DNA from: Candidatus Parcubacteria bacterium
GTDB taxonomy: Bacteria > Patescibacteriota > Minisyncoccia > UBA6257 > 2-01-FULL-56-20
DNA: 64,000 nucleotides
Assembly: GCA_027355945.1 (NCBI GenBank)
Contig: DAIEHA010000002.1
Coordinates: forward strand, 15,071 to 79,070
Reading direction: 5' to 3'
In this document: in pieces, positions 1-10,702 of the stretch
Layout: every line of letters begins with the position of its first letter
Numbering within the stretch: position 1 is the stretch's first letter
Translations under genes and position numbers: made by a program
The notes under the pieces: generated by a model
Seen by the model: the letters and a program-made list of their open reading frames with translations, nothing else
Databases searched by the model: none
What the model was told of the DNA's origin: nothing

Positions 1-1694
1 TGCGCGCGAACGTGAGAACCGCGGAAGCCGCAAAGAAAGGCATGGCTCCCGCGCTCGCCATCGCGTTCGAGGGAGGTTCCGTGACGGGACTCCTTGTGGT
101 GGGTCTTGCACTTCTTTCAGTCGCAGGATTCTATGGCGCAACACATGACATCCCGGCGCTCATCGGCCTTGGATTCGGTGCAAGCTTGATCTCGGTGTTT
201 GCGCGCCTTGGGGGAGGCATCTTCACGAAAGGTGCTGACGTAGGCGCCGATCTCGTGGGGAAGGTGGAGGCGGGCATCCCGGAGGACGATCCGAGGAATC
301 CTGCAGTGATCGCCGATAACGTCGGTGACAATGTGGGGGATTGCGCCGGCATGGCAGCCGATCTTTTTGAGACGTATGCAGTGACGGCCATCGCCGCAAT
401 CATCCTTGGGAATCTCGTGTTCCCGGGCGTCACCGCGATGCTCGGCCTGCCTCTTATGATTGGAGGCATTTCGATCATCTCCTCGATCATCGGCGTGTTC
501 TTTGTCCGTCTCGGGAAGAACGGCTCTATCATGGGAGCTCTGTATAAGGGGCTCATCGCCTCGAGCGTTCTTTCGCTCATCGGCTTCTGGTTCCTTGCAG
601 AGAGCTACTCCGGTACGACGATCGTGGCATCCCATCTTTTCTGGCCCATGTTCATCGGCATCGTAGTGACCGCGCTCATCGTGCTCATCACCGAATACTA
701 CACCTCCAAGAGCTTCCGTCCCGTTCGTTCGATCGCGCAGGCGTCGACCACCGGGCATGGAACGAACATCATCACGGGTCTTTCGGTCGGCATGGAATCC
801 ACCGCGCTTCCCGTCATCGTCATTGTTGCGGGTATCTTCTCGGCCTATGCGATAACGGGGATCTACGGTGTCGCGCTTGCCACGATGAGCATGCTTTCGA
901 TGGCGGGGATCGTGGTGGCGATCGATGCATTCGGTCCCATCACCGATAACGCGGGAGGAATCGCCGAGATGGCGGGTCTTCCTGAGGACGTGAGGAAGGT
1001 GACCGATGCCCTTGATGCGGTGGGCAATACCACGAAAGCGGTGACCAAGGGATATGCCATCGGTTCCGCCGGACTTGCTGCGGTGGTGCTCTTCTCGTCG
1101 TATGTCCAATCGCTGCAGAATCATCTCGGCGGCAAAACGATCAATTTCGATCTTAGCAACCCCCGCGTGATCATCGGACTTCTCATAGGTGGGATGATTC
1201 CGTATCTTTTCGCATCGATCTCCATGCGCGCGGTCGGCAAGGCCGCCGGGAGCGTGGTTGAAGAGGTCCGCCGCCAGTTCCGTGAGATACCGGGTATCAT
1301 GGAGGGAACGGCAAAGCCTGATTATGCGAAGAGCGTCGACCTCGTGACGTCGGCGGCGATCAAAGAGATGATCGTGCCCGCGCTCCTTCCGGTGCTTCTT
1401 CCGATCGCCGTCGGGTTCCTCCTCGGACCTATCGCGCTCGGAGGGCTTCTTGTCGGATCGATCGTCACGGGCATATTCGTTGCGATCTCGATGACGTCCG
1501 GAGGCGCTGCATGGGACAATGCGAAGAAATACGTCGAGGAAGGCAACTTTGGCGGGAAAGGTTCCGAGGCGCATAAAGCTGCAGTGACAGGGGATACGGT
1601 GGGCGATCCCTATAAGGACACTGCTGGCCCCGCGATCAATCCTGTGATCAAGATCATCAACATTATCGCACTGCTCCTCATTCCATTCTTGTAA
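1..1694 (+). CDS. hppA: Membrane-bound H+-translocating pyrophosphatase (V-type PPase), C-terminal ~560 aa; 5' end lies outside the window
   Basis: Frame of ORF 12..1694 is open back to position 1. Carries the [18 protein letters not shown] and [12 protein letters not shown] signature motifs of H+-PPases. Polytopic hydrophobic protein. Confidence 0.9.
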   Translation, partial: RANVRTAEAAKKGMAPALAIAFEGGSVTGLLVVGLALLSVAGFYGATHDIPALIGLGFGASLISVFARLGGGIFTKGADVGADLVGKVEAGIPEDDPRNPAVIADNVGDNVGDCAGMAADLFETYAVTAIAAIILGNLVFPGVTAMLGLPLMIGGISIISSIIGVFFVRLGKNGSIMGALYKGLIASSVLSLIGFWFLAESYSGTTIVASHLFWPMFIGIVVTALIVLITEYYTSKSFRPVRSIAQASTTGHGTNIITGLSVGMESTALPVIVIVAGIFSAYAITGIYGVALATMSMLSMAGIVVAIDAFGPITDNAGGIAEMAGLPEDVRKVTDALDAVGNTTKAVTKGYAIGSAGLAAVVLFSSYVQSLQNHLGGKTINFDLSNPRVIIGLLIGGMIPYLFASISMRAVGKAAGSVVEEVRRQFREIPGIMEGTAKPDYAKSVDLVTSAAIKEMIVPALLPVLLPIAVGFLLGPIALGGLLVGSIVTGIFVAISMTSGGAAWDNAKKYVEEGNFGGKGSEAHKAAVTGDTVGDPYKDTAGPAINPVIKIINIIALLLIPFL

Positions 1695-1725
1695 TATTGC
1701 AGCACACAAACGCATAATAAAGAAC

Positions 1726-2325
1726 ATGGAATACGAAAACCAATACCTCATCCCGACCGTCATCGAAAAGTCGCAGTATGGCGAGCGTGCATACGATATC
1801 TACTCCCGCCTTCTCAAGGAAAGGATCATCTTCCTCGGAGGCCCGGTGACGGATGCCGTCGCGAATATCGTCATTGCGCAGCTTCTCTTCCTTCAGCATG
1901 AGGATTCCAAGAAGGATATCAATCTCTACATCAACAGTCCGGGCGGTTCGGTGACCGCGGGAATGGCCATTTACGACACAATACAGTTCGTGAAGCCGGA
2001 TGTAGTGACGACATGCGTGGGCATCGCCGCATCGATGGGGGCATTCCTTCTCGCAGCGGGAAAAAAGGGGAAGCGATTTTCCCTTCCGAATTCCGAGATC
2101 CTGCTCCATCAGGTTGCGGTGGATTCCATCGGGGGACAGGCCACTGAGATCGAGATTTCCGCACGCCAGATCATCAAAACCAAGCAGCGTCTCAACCAGA
2201 TCCTTGCAAAGAGCACCGGACAGAGCCTTGCAAAGGTGGAAAAGGACACGGAACGGGATTTCTGGCTTTCCGCCGATGAGGCGAAGGCCTACGGCGTGAT
2301 CGACGAGATAATCAAGAAATCATAG
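1726..2325 (+). CDS. clpP: ATP-dependent Clp protease proteolytic subunit
   Basis: 199 aa. [17 protein letters not shown] and [16 protein letters not shown] motifs around the catalytic Ser and His; typical ClpP length. Confidence 0.95.
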   Translation: MEYENQYLIPTVIEKSQYGERAYDIYSRLLKERIIFLGGPVTDAVANIVIAQLLFLQHEDSKKDINLYINSPGGSVTAGMAIYDTIQFVKPDVVTTCVGIAASMGAFLLAAGKKGKRFSLPNSEILLHQVAVDSIGGQATEIEISARQIIKTKQRLNQILAKSTGQSLAKVEKDTERDFWLSADEAKAYGVIDEIIKKS

Positions 2326-2350
2326 CCTTCGAAGGCCGCGAAGTTATCCA

Positions 2351-2381
2351 CAGGCGCCCGTTTTACGCGGGCGCCTGTTTT
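2351..2381 (+). terminator. Rho-independent terminator after clpP
   Basis: GC-rich inverted repeat CAGGCGCCCG...CGGGCGCCTG followed by TTTT. Confidence 0.6.
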
Positions 2382-2971
2382 GGTATACTGAATGCAGTCC
2401 TCTGATAGAAGAATATGAAGTTTACCGCGTGAAACGCGGCGATAATGTGACGAATCTGTCACGTTGATGCGACACTGGATGTCGCGCAGTTGGTTCGGTG
2501 TTATCATGCAAAAGGGCAATCCCTAATTTTTTTACAAAAGGGCATTGCCCTTTGCGAGTTTTTGGGGGTATGGCTGCGATTCCGGAACCTGAGATCTGTG
2601 GCCGAAGATCGGTGCACGACCTCCCTATTTTCATATTGGACCCCAAGAGGAACCCGAAGGTCGCAGTGAATACATATCATAATGCCCCATCGATTGAGCG
2701 TGGTGCGTGTTGCATCACAGCAGCACTCCAGCAAAAGGGATATCTTCCGAACTTGAGCGGGCAACGGGAGTCGGACCCGTGTCTTCACCTTGGAAGGGTG
2801 ACATAATACCGTTATACCATGCCCGCATCGGCCGACCCTGCGGGATTATTGTAGCCTCTCGTCCGGAGAATCTCAATAGCGCCATGGCGGATAAGCCCCA
2901 TTTTCATCGAGGAGACCTCGAAAAATACTTGCTTTTTGACCCTGTTTTTGTTAGAACTATTCATATTGTCC

Positions 2972-3568
2972 ATGGCCAATTTCTCGCGAAAGATCAAGTT
3001 AGTCCTTATATTTGTTGCAATAATCGTAGCGGGTTATGCGCTTGCGTTCTACTGGCAGACGAGGAATAGGGTCCCTCTTGCGTTCGTGAATGCCCGCAAT
3101 CAGGGGGCGATCATCGCCCAGAGCATCGTAAGCACCTCGAACAGCTCCACTGCCACGCTCGAAAAAATAGATCAGTATGACAGGGAGGGGAACTATGCCC
3201 AGGCCCTTGCTCTCACCCAGGGGCTCGTGAGTCAGAGCGTGGATCTTCGCAATCAGGCCATCAACCTTTCCAATCAGATCGAAACGATGACCCAGTCCCT
3301 TTCCGGCATAAAGGACTTCACTGCCCAACAGGATGCCCTCGAAGCGATATCGAGCCATCTTGCGCTCATCAATCAGCTCATCAATTACAGCGGCGATCTT
3401 GGGAAGCTTCTTGATACCCTCCAGATGCGTTTCAGCGGGCAGACGGGGACTTTGGGCGAAGTGACGGGCCAGGTTGCCCAGATAAACATCGACATCAACG
3501 CCATCAACAATTTCAACAATCAGGCTCAGCAATCCATGCAGGCATTTGATAAAATAGAGAACAAGTGA
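2972..3568 (+). CDS. Hypothetical signal-anchored coiled-coil protein
   Basis: ORF 2936..3568. The internal start at MANFSRKIKLVLIFVAIIVAGYALAF gives a charged N-terminus plus TM anchor. The rest is Q/N/L-rich predicted coiled coil. No recognisable family. Confidence 0.45.
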   Translation: MANFSRKIKLVLIFVAIIVAGYALAFYWQTRNRVPLAFVNARNQGAIIAQSIVSTSNSSTATLEKIDQYDREGNYAQALALTQGLVSQSVDLRNQAINLSNQIETMTQSLSGIKDFTAQQDALEAISSHLALINQLINYSGDLGKLLDTLQMRFSGQTGTLGEVTGQVAQINIDINAINNFNNQAQQSMQAFDKIENK

Positions 3569-3588
3569 GACCCTGTCCGGAGTATGAT

Positions 3589-3660
3589 GGGCACATAGCT
3601 CAACGGTAGAGCAGACGTCTTATACACGTCCGGTTCTAGGTTCGAATCCTAGTGTGCCCA
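3589..3660 (+). tRNA. tRNA-Ile with anticodon UAU (reads AUA)
   Basis: Manual cloverleaf: acceptor GGGCACA/TGTGCCC, D stem GCTC/GAGC, anticodon stem GACGT/ACGTC, loop CTTATAC (U33, anticodon TAT, A37), T arm CTAGG-TTCGAAT-CCTAG, discriminator A. CCA not encoded. Confidence 0.75.
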
Positions 3661-3664
3661 CAAA

Positions 3665-3690
3665 AATCCCCGCATGTGCGGGGATTCTTT
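3665..3690. terminator. Bidirectional rho-independent terminator between the tRNA (+) and ftsH (-)
   Basis: Perfect hairpin AATCCCCGCA-TGT-GCGGGGATT, flanked by an A-run upstream and TCTTTT downstream. Confidence 0.6.
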
Positions 3691-5519
3691 TATGCAGTGA
3701 TCGGCTTTATTTTGAACGGTCTTAGGACGGCGTTGAAATCATCCTGTTCGAGCACCTCCTTTTCCATGAGCGTGTCCGCGACCTTCTTGAGGGCCGCTTT
3801 ATGGGACTTGAGCACTTTTTCGGCGACATCGTAGGCGTGCATGAGGAACTTCTTCACTTCCTCATCGATCTCCGATGCCACCTTCTCCGAATAGTTCTTT
3901 TCCGAGGAGATCTCCCTTCCAAGGAACATCATCTCCTCCGTTTTTCCGAACGTCATGGGGCCCAGTTCGCTCATGCCGTATTTCGTCACAAGCTTCCTTG
4001 CAAGGTCGGATGCCTCTTTTAGATCGTTCGACGCCCCAGTGGAGATATCCCCGAACGTAAGCTTTTCCGAGGCATAGCCTCCCATCATCATGGCAAGATC
4101 CGCGAGGAATTGCGCCCTTGTTTTGAGGTGCACATCCTCATTGGGGAGTTTCATGGTATATCCTCCCGCAAAACCGCGGCTTATGATGGAGACCTTTTGC
4201 ACGGGATCGGCATCCTTCAGAGATGCAGCCACGAGCGCGTGCCCGCCTTCGTGATATGCGGTTATCTCTTTCTCGTGCTGGGAAATGACACGACTCCGGC
4301 GCTCCGGCCCCATAATCACCTTCTCCGCTGCTTCAAGAAGGTCCGCCTGACCGATCATCTTCTGTCCGTGCCTCGCGGCGGCGATGGCCGCCTCGTTCAT
4401 GAGATTCGCGAGATCCGCTCCCGAAAAGCCCGGTGTGCGTTGCGCCACCCTCCGAAAGTCCACGTCCTTCCCGATGGTCTTCCCTTCGGCATGGATCCTG
4501 AGGATCGCTTCCCGATCCTTCATGTCGGGAAGATCGAGGATGATGCGACGATCGAAACGGCCCGGGCGGAGAAGCGCCGGATCGAGGACGTCCGGACGAT
4601 TCGTCGCCGCGAGGACGATGACCCGCGTATCCCTATCAAAGCCGTCCATTTCCACGAGGATCTGGTTCAGCGTCTGTTCGCGCTCATCGTTGCCTCCGCC
4701 CATGCCTGCGCCGCGCTGGCGTCCCACCGCGTCGATCTCATCGATGAAGAGGATCGCAGGAGCCGCCCGTTTCGCGGTAAGGAATGCATCTCTTGTGCGC
4801 GAGGCGCCTACCCCCACGAACATCTCCACGAACTCGGATGCGGAGATGAAGAAGAAAGGAACATTGCTTTCGCCTGCAATCGCCCTTGCGACGAGGGTTT
4901 TTCCGGTTCCCGGGGGTCCCATGAGCAGGATCCCGCGGGGGATCCTTGCCCCAAGATCGAGGAATTTCTTGGGGGTTTTAAGGAAATCAACGACCTCGAT
5001 GAGCTCCTCTTTTGCCTCCTTGAGCCCGGCCACGTCCTTGAACATGACACGATCCTTGAATGAGGAGACTTTGAGGTTGGAACGGCCGAAATTGAAGGCC
5101 TGGTTCACCCCTGATCGCGCCTGTCGGAACATAAGCCAGAAAAGGACGCCGACCAGAAGCAGTTCGAGAAGGGGAGGAAGGAGTAGGCTTGCCCAATATT
5201 GCGCCCCGCTCTGATTGACCACCTGGAGGTCCATATTTTGAAGCGCCTGATCGTTCACGCCGAGATTCTTGAGGGTGCTCGTGATGTCGGCGCCATCCTC
5301 CTTCTGCGATACCGCAGCACTGCCGTCGGTCATCGTAATATCAAGCTCGGACCCATTCACCTTTATCTGTTTTACCTGTCCTGCGTTGATGTCGCTTGCG
5401 AGCTGGCTCAGGCTGAGCGTCTTTGCCGAGGGAGCGGGAGTGAAAAAGAACGAGAATATGAGCGATATCACGATGAGCGTGATGACGGCCCATATGATGT
5501 TTTTTGAGAGGTTTGACAT
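3690..5519 (-). CDS. ftsH: ATP-dependent zinc metalloprotease FtsH
   Basis: Walker [21 protein letters not shown] region, and HEGGHAL zinc-binding motif. N-terminal [19 protein letters not shown]. The ORF extends to 5543, but the MSN start at 5519 matches FtsH N-termini better. Confidence 0.93.
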   Translation of the reverse strand: MSNLSKNIIWAVITLIVISLIFSFFFTPAPSAKTLSLSQLASDINAGQVKQIKVNGSELDITMTDGSAAVSQKEDGADITSTLKNLGVNDQALQNMDLQVVNQSGAQYWASLLLPPLLELLLVGVLFWLMFRQARSGVNQAFNFGRSNLKVSSFKDRVMFKDVAGLKEAKEELIEVVDFLKTPKKFLDLGARIPRGILLMGPPGTGKTLVARAIAGESNVPFFFISASEFVEMFVGVGASRTRDAFLTAKRAAPAILFIDEIDAVGRQRGAGMGGGNDEREQTLNQILVEMDGFDRDTRVIVLAATNRPDVLDPALLRPGRFDRRIILDLPDMKDREAILRIHAEGKTIGKDVDFRRVAQRTPGFSGADLANLMNEAAIAAARHGQKMIGQADLLEAAEKVIMGPERRSRVISQHEKEITAYHEGGHALVAASLKDADPVQKVSIISRGFAGGYTMKLPNEDVHLKTRAQFLADLAMMMGGYASEKLTFGDISTGASNDLKEASDLARKLVTKYGMSELGPMTFGKTEEMMFLGREISSEKNYSEKVASEIDEEVKKFLMHAYDVAEKVLKSHKAALKKVADTLMEKEVLEQDDFNAVLRPFKIKPITA

Positions 5520-5595
5520 ATGGAATATTATAAAAAGTTTCAATTAAATCGTCAAAATAAGCGAGGAATACCCCTGCGCGACCTTGCACGAACGC

Positions 5596-5952
5596 TTATT
5601 CTCCGAACCAATGATAGTGATACACGATAAGGAGATAGATCGCCGCAAGCACGAAGAATCCCGCAAGGCCGGCACCGATAGCGATCCTCGACCCGTATCG
5701 AGGGGCGACGTAGGCGACGATCGCCATATAGGGGACCCACGAAACGAGTGTTCCGACAAGCACGAACCAGGCATTTTCGCTCACCGCTTTGGGCCCGCTC
5801 GTTTCGCCTATGAATGCATACGCCACAAGCGTGAATACAGGCATGAGCGTCGCAAACCCCGAGAGCATTCGATATCCGCTTTCCTCCGCGGCAACGATGA
5901 GCGTTGTGAATATGCCACCGGTGAGAAAATAGAGTACGTAACTTTTGAGCAT
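5596..5952 (-). CDS. Small polytopic membrane protein, hypothetical
   Basis: 118 aa with four hydrophobic helices. No family recognised. Confidence 0.45.
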   Translation of the reverse strand: MLKSYVLYFLTGGIFTTLIVAAEESGYRMLSGFATLMPVFTLVAYAFIGETSGPKAVSENAWFVLVGTLVSWVPYMAIVAYVAPRYGSRIAIGAGLAGFFVLAAIYLLIVYHYHWFGE

Positions 5953-6152
5953 CGAGGGAATGCGGATTATTCCATGAAGGGATGCACTTATAATACCACG
6001 TTTTCAGGAAAAAAAGTCCTTTTCGGAGGCATTTCCTGGGGGTATCGGTGTTATGCGGAGGTATCTTGCTGGGAGGTGGGAAGGCGGCACTAATGGGATA
6101 TCCCCCATGGCGTCTCTGGAATATTTTACGCTCAAGATTTACCATATAGTTC

Positions 6153-6788
6153 ATGGCATCATCCTATAGGACGTTTTTCACGAAAGATCGGATCCGCTCC
6201 CTCCTTGTGGCGCTCGTCCTTTTCGGGCTTGCGGTCATATTCCAATTCTATGCGTCGGCATATTCGAGCCGCGTGCCGAGCAATGCCGTTCCCGATCTCA
6301 TCCTGGGAGCCCTTCCCGTGATCAATTTGAATGCCATCATCGTGGAAGGTGCGCTTACGGCCATCGCCGGTTCCATCGCCCTTCTCCTTACCAAACCCAA
6401 ATATCTCATCTTCGCCCTTAAAGCCGCCGCGATATTCATTGCCACTCGCGCAGTGTTCGTCTCGGTCACGCACCTCGGCATTTATCCCGGACAAGCGGGA
6501 CCGGATCCCACGGGATTCTTCGACGGGATCTATACGGGGCTCGGCCTCGAGGCAGGATTCTTCTTTTCGGGACATACCGGCCTTACATTCCTCATGGCCC
6601 TCGTATTCTGGGATGAGAAATTCTGGCGCTATCTCTACCTCGGACTTTCGATGCTCTTCGGCATCTCCGTGCTCTTTGCGCACGTGCATTATTCGATAGA
6701 TGTCCTTGCGGCCCCTTATATCACCTATACCATTTTCAAAATATCCCAGTATTTCTTCAAGGAGGACTACGCGTTGATATCGGGGTAG
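6153..6788 (+). CDS. PAP2-superfamily-like integral membrane protein (inferred)
   Basis: 211 aa polytopic protein. FFSGHTG and HVHYSIDVLAAP resemble PAP2 motifs 2 and 3 (SGH, and H-x3-D). Confidence 0.5.
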   Translation: MASSYRTFFTKDRIRSLLVALVLFGLAVIFQFYASAYSSRVPSNAVPDLILGALPVINLNAIIVEGALTAIAGSIALLLTKPKYLIFALKAAAIFIATRAVFVSVTHLGIYPGQAGPDPTGFFDGIYTGLGLEAGFFFSGHTGLTFLMALVFWDEKFWRYLYLGLSMLFGISVLFAHVHYSIDVLAAPYITYTIFKISQYFFKEDYALISG

Positions 6789-6910
6789 GTCCCCAATGCC
6801 GGTTTTTGCATCCCGTGTTGCGCATCGCGCATCACGTATTTCGTATCCTGCATCCTGTATCCTGTATGGGATCCCTGGATATCACCGGCTCTCTGAAATG
6901 CGCGATGATG

Positions 6911-7411
6911 TCATCCCGTTCCCTTGATCGCGTTGCGATGACGGAAGATGGATCCATAAATAAGACTTGCAGCAATGACCATGGCGATACTGCCCGCAAT
7001 ATCCGCAGCGTGATGAACGCCAACGTAGATACGCGCCCATCCTATGAGGAGCGCGAGGATCCAAAGCGCGACACTCCATTTTTTATCATAGAACCAGATG
7101 ATCATCGCCACCGCTCCCGTGAGAAGGACATGATCCGAGGGGAAGCCGTTGTCGGCGGCATGCGCGATGAGCGGTACGAAATGGCCTACGACGAATGGGC
7201 GGGGATCGTAGTAGAAATAGGAGGATATCCTCGAGATCAAAAATGCGATGGGTGCAATGATCGCGCCGCAGATCGCCATGCTTTTTTTTATGGTCCATGG
7301 CTGCAGGAGGAAGAAGACGATTGCGAGGAGAAGTACGAAAAGATAGAGATATTGTGCGATGAAGATCGCGACGCCATTGATGATCATGCCTTTCACTATA
7401 GTACGTTTCAT
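6911..7411 (-). CDS. PAP2 family phosphatase (undecaprenyl-diphosphatase / PgpB-like)
   Basis: 166 aa. YDPRPF, FPSDH and ARIYVGVHHAADIAG match the three PAP2 motifs. Confidence 0.8.
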   Translation of the reverse strand: MKRTIVKGMIINGVAIFIAQYLYLFVLLLAIVFFLLQPWTIKKSMAICGAIIAPIAFLISRISSYFYYDPRPFVVGHFVPLIAHAADNGFPSDHVLLTGAVAMIIWFYDKKWSVALWILALLIGWARIYVGVHHAADIAGSIAMVIAASLIYGSIFRHRNAIKGTG

Positions 7412-7673
7412 TCAATAGTTTAAATCCACCCCTTAAAACCGACGCCGTATTCGGCGTCGTTCATTGCAGGTGATCATATGTCTTGAAGCGGCCCTCCCTG
7501 CGCATTGCCTTGAAAAACATCGAGTTTATCCTGTTCGATATTCCTTTCGCATATTTATCTCCCCAGTCCTTTGTTTTGCCATTTTCCCGTAATGAATATC
7601 CGGTGTGAGGGTAATAGGATATGGATGGTTTTGAGGGATAGTGCGGAACGATTGCCAAAGTAATACCAAAAAC

Positions 7674-8609
7674 ATGAAAAAGAACATACCTCTTCTTATC
7701 CTTGCCTCGTTTTTCATCTCTCTCTGCACGCCATTCGATGGCGCGTTCGCTGCGAGCCAAGGTGCGGGTGGCGGAGGCAATGCGGGGGGTGGCGGGTCGG
7801 GCGGCGGAGGGAGCAGCGGTATGGGCGGTCTTGCGGTGAGCAATACCGCAGGGGTTGCTGCTCCAAGCGGCACATTGCTGCAGGATCAGGATCGTCTTCG
7901 TTTGCAGATCCACGTAACCTCGACGGCAACTGCGGCCACATCGGCATCATTCCTGCCGACCTCCACCTCTTCGACTTCTGCGGGATATGGCGATCAGCTT
8001 CAGGATCGCGATAGGACCCAGGATCAACAGAGGCTTCGGGATGGCAGCGGACTCGGGGATCAGAACCAATATCAGGTTCGGGCGCAGTATCAATCCCAGA
8101 ATTCCACCACGGGTTCCGGACAAAATCAGGGTCAGGGATACGGCTCTCAGTTCATGAACCAGGAGCAGATTGCTCAGGGTACGGGAACCCTTATGCAGAT
8201 ACGGATGCAGGTGCAGACCGCGGCGCGAGCCCTCATTCAGGCGGGTGCGAACGCGACGACAAGCGGGCTCGGGGAACAGATAAGGATGATTGCGCAGAAT
8301 CAGGTTGAAAACCAGGCGCGCATCCAATCTTCCATAGAAAAGATCCAGCAGCGTTCTGGGTTGGCGAAGCTTTTCATCGGTCCGAATTACGGCGAGGTGA
8401 ATAACGCCCAGAGGCTCATCACGCAGAACACCCAGCAGATCCGACAGCTTGAGCAGGTCGCCGCGCAAGTCTCCGGTTCAGGGGATCGACAGGCTATCAC
8501 TACACAGGTCAAAACCCTTCAGGAGGCGAACAACCAGCTTGGAAATTCATTGGACGAGGCGCGCGGAGGATTCAGTCTTTTCGGTTGGATCATCAAGTTG
8601 TTCAGCTGA
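7674..8609 (+). CDS. Secreted low-complexity Gly/Gln-rich protein, hypothetical
   Basis: Signal peptide MKKNIPLLILASFFISLCTPFDGAFA, then a poly-G/S tract and Q/D/R-rich repeats. ORF track start is 7641; the internal Met at 7674 is preferred. Confidence 0.5.
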   Translation: MKKNIPLLILASFFISLCTPFDGAFAASQGAGGGGNAGGGGSGGGGSSGMGGLAVSNTAGVAAPSGTLLQDQDRLRLQIHVTSTATAATSASFLPTSTSSTSAGYGDQLQDRDRTQDQQRLRDGSGLGDQNQYQVRAQYQSQNSTTGSGQNQGQGYGSQFMNQEQIAQGTGTLMQIRMQVQTAARALIQAGANATTSGLGEQIRMIAQNQVENQARIQSSIEKIQQRSGLAKLFIGPNYGEVNNAQRLITQNTQQIRQLEQVAAQVSGSGDRQAITTQVKTLQEANNQLGNSLDEARGGFSLFGWIIKLFS

Positions 8610-8669
8610 TGCATCCGCATCCCTTCCGAGAGGCGCATGGATCGTTCCTGTTGCGGAACGATCTTTGTG

Positions 8670-9755
8670 TCATTGTGCGATCACCGAAACGGAGTCGATG
8701 ATCATCTTTGCTGTCGCGGCAGTGGTGCCATATATCGAGAATCCGATACCCCCGTTCTGCGGGGAGGTCATTGCGGTCTTTCCTGCACCGACACCCTCGT
8801 TCGAAACGGAGCCCCCATTCAGCGAGCAGGTGACATAGACGCCCCGTATCGAGATCCCCGTATCCATCGGTCCCGCAGTCGAGCTCCCTTTTCCTATCGT
8901 GATCGCGGGCGATAGCGGGATCCTGTAGCCATTGATGTATTGAAGCGCCCGTACGGACACCCCGTTTCCCGAAGGGGTGTATTCGCACATCACATAATTG
9001 CTTGCGTTCCGATAGGCGGCCATCAATCCGAATGATGATCCGCTGGCCCACTCTATTGGGGCGGTCATGGAGTAGTCGTTCCACTCAAAGGAATTTTTCA
9101 GATATACGCCCGCGCCAAGGCTGTTTGGTCCGGCGGCAAGAAGGAGGCCGCCTCCGTTCGAGGGAGTCGCGGTGCCCCACGTCGTTTGCCACGCTACGTC
9201 ATTCGAGAAATTCGTTTCTTCATATGGCAGAAGCAGCGCGCTTCCCGAGGAGGACAGCGTGGGAGATCCGGCGGTCAGCAATCCTGGCGGAGCAGGGATC
9301 TTCGGCGTTACCGTGATCGTTGCGGTGGCGACCGGAAGAAGGGAGGGTGGCGGCGGCGTAAGGACGGTTTGGGCCGGTTGTATCGTTGAAGTTTTCGCGG
9401 ATGTCGTTGCGGGTGCGGACGCGTGTATCGGTGAAGAAGGCGTCAAAGGTGCGGATGTCGTTGCGGACGCGGATATAGATGTGGATGCAGATGCGGATAC
9501 GGATGAAGGGAGGGGAGCAGACAGGGATCCCGATGGCGTGGCTGTTGCGACTGCGGCTCCCTGTGGCTCTTGCGCGGTCCCTTGTGCGATCCCCGAAAGA
9601 TTTTGCGCAATATCCGCCGTGAATCCGTTCGCCTGCGATCCTTGGGTAAGGAGCGCAAGGATATCCTTCGGCGGCGACATGGCGAAAAAGAGCACAAGGG
9701 TGCTGAGCGCCATGAACCCAAGGATGGTGGCGATCGTACCGAACACCTTTTTCAT
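8670..9755 (-). CDS. Secreted protein with Ser/Thr/Pro-rich linker and C-terminal beta-rich domain, hypothetical
   Basis: 361 aa. N-terminal signal anchor MKKVFGTIATILGFMALSTLVLFF, a long S/T/P/A low-complexity tract, and a globular C-terminus. Confidence 0.55.
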   Translation of the reverse strand: MKKVFGTIATILGFMALSTLVLFFAMSPPKDILALLTQGSQANGFTADIAQNLSGIAQGTAQEPQGAAVATATPSGSLSAPLPSSVSASASTSISASATTSAPLTPSSPIHASAPATTSAKTSTIQPAQTVLTPPPPSLLPVATATITVTPKIPAPPGLLTAGSPTLSSSGSALLLPYEETNFSNDVAWQTTWGTATPSNGGGLLLAAGPNSLGAGVYLKNSFEWNDYSMTAPIEWASGSSFGLMAAYRNASNYVMCEYTPSGNGVSVRALQYINGYRIPLSPAITIGKGSSTAGPMDTGISIRGVYVTCSLNGGSVSNEGVGAGKTAMTSPQNGGIGFSIYGTTAATAKMIIDSVSVIAQ

Positions 9756-9953
9756 GGTTCTATACTACCATACCGCATATGCGATTTTGCGGGGTGCGAG
9801 AGATGTGATTCTGCGTTATACGTTGATGCGCGTACCTTGAGATGCGTACCTTCCATGCCGTGCATGGGAATGCCATCGACGCGCATGCCCGAGGATTTCT
9901 ATGGAAAAGCCGATCGGCCTGGAGTATACTCCCACACAGAAAGGAGGCACGCC

Positions 9954-10667
9954 ATGGACGCGCGCTTCGTCAGGTTTTGGAAACCTATCGCGGAAGCCGT
10001 CGCGATCCTATTCCTCTTTCTCGTCTTTTTCGGGAAATTCCAGATCGCGGAGCGGTTATTCTTGTCGTTTGTGAACGGTGAATCTTCGGTGGCGTTCTGG
10101 GTCGCTGCGGGGACCCCTTTCGTGCCTGCGGTGGCCATTGCCATTGCGTGCAGCAGCTTCGATATATTCTCCTATTATTGCGGGTTTGCCCTCCTCAAGC
10201 GTTTTTATAAGGAGATGGCAAAACCGTTGTATGAGGAGATCGACAGCAGGACCGATCTTTCCGCCATCGATGGAAACGCCGAATGGGCAAGGAACGCATA
10301 TCGCTGGGGGATCGGGATCTATCGGTTTGCGGTGCCTCAGCCATCGGAGGATGAGCGTGAAGGATCGCGTTCTTCGCGGAGGATGCTGTGGCATTACGCC
10401 CAGCTATATCGCTACGGTCTTACTCCCGGATCCATCTGGACGGGTGTGGGATACAGCTTCGCGTTCAAAATGGACCTTCTTGCCTCGGGTATCGTCGTGG
10501 GTATCGGAAATATCACGAAGATGCTCCTTTGCGGATATTTCTCCATAAAGATACCCCTCTGGAGCGTGATCCCCGTATTCGTCCTTGGACCTATGTGTTT
10601 GCGACATGCCATAGGTCGGCTACGAAGGCACTGTTCCGTGGCACACCCTTTTCCTGCAAAGGAATAA
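9954..10667 (+). CDS. Hypothetical polytopic membrane protein
   Basis: ORF 9570..10667 overlaps the converging gene. The internal ATG at 9954 is preceded by AAAGGAGG at good spacing. Hydrophobic helices downstream. Confidence 0.5.
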   Translation: MDARFVRFWKPIAEAVAILFLFLVFFGKFQIAERLFLSFVNGESSVAFWVAAGTPFVPAVAIAIACSSFDIFSYYCGFALLKRFYKEMAKPLYEEIDSRTDLSAIDGNAEWARNAYRWGIGIYRFAVPQPSEDEREGSRSSRRMLWHYAQLYRYGLTPGSIWTGVGYSFAFKMDLLASGIVVGIGNITKMLLCGYFSIKIPLWSVIPVFVLGPMCLRHAIGRLRRHCSVAHPFPAKE

Positions 10668-10702
10668 GGGTGTTTTTTATGCGAAAGTCCCGCGTATGCC
10701 GG

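Noticed and set aside
117-1763. 548 aa minus-strand ORF overlapping the H+-PPase gene
   Set aside because: Arg/Asp/His-rich low-complexity translation with no hydrophobic or motif structure. It is an antisense artefact of a GC-rich coding region.
2326-2935. tmRNA, RNase P RNA or SRP RNA in the long clpP-downstream spacer
   Set aside because: No tRNA-like 3' domain (TTCGA loop plus ACCA end), no AGGAAAGUCCGGGCUCC P4 core, and no SRP domain IV consensus could be found by eye. Left as an unclassified structured spacer.
4110-5214. Plus-strand ORFs of 317 and 276 aa inside ftsH
   Set aside because: Antisense to an unambiguous FtsH reading frame. R/S/P-rich junk composition.
9570-9953. N-terminal 128 aa of ORF 9570..10667
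   Set aside because: It overlaps the 3' end of the convergent secreted-protein gene. A strong AAAGGAGG-ATG start at 9954 gives a self-consistent membrane protein.
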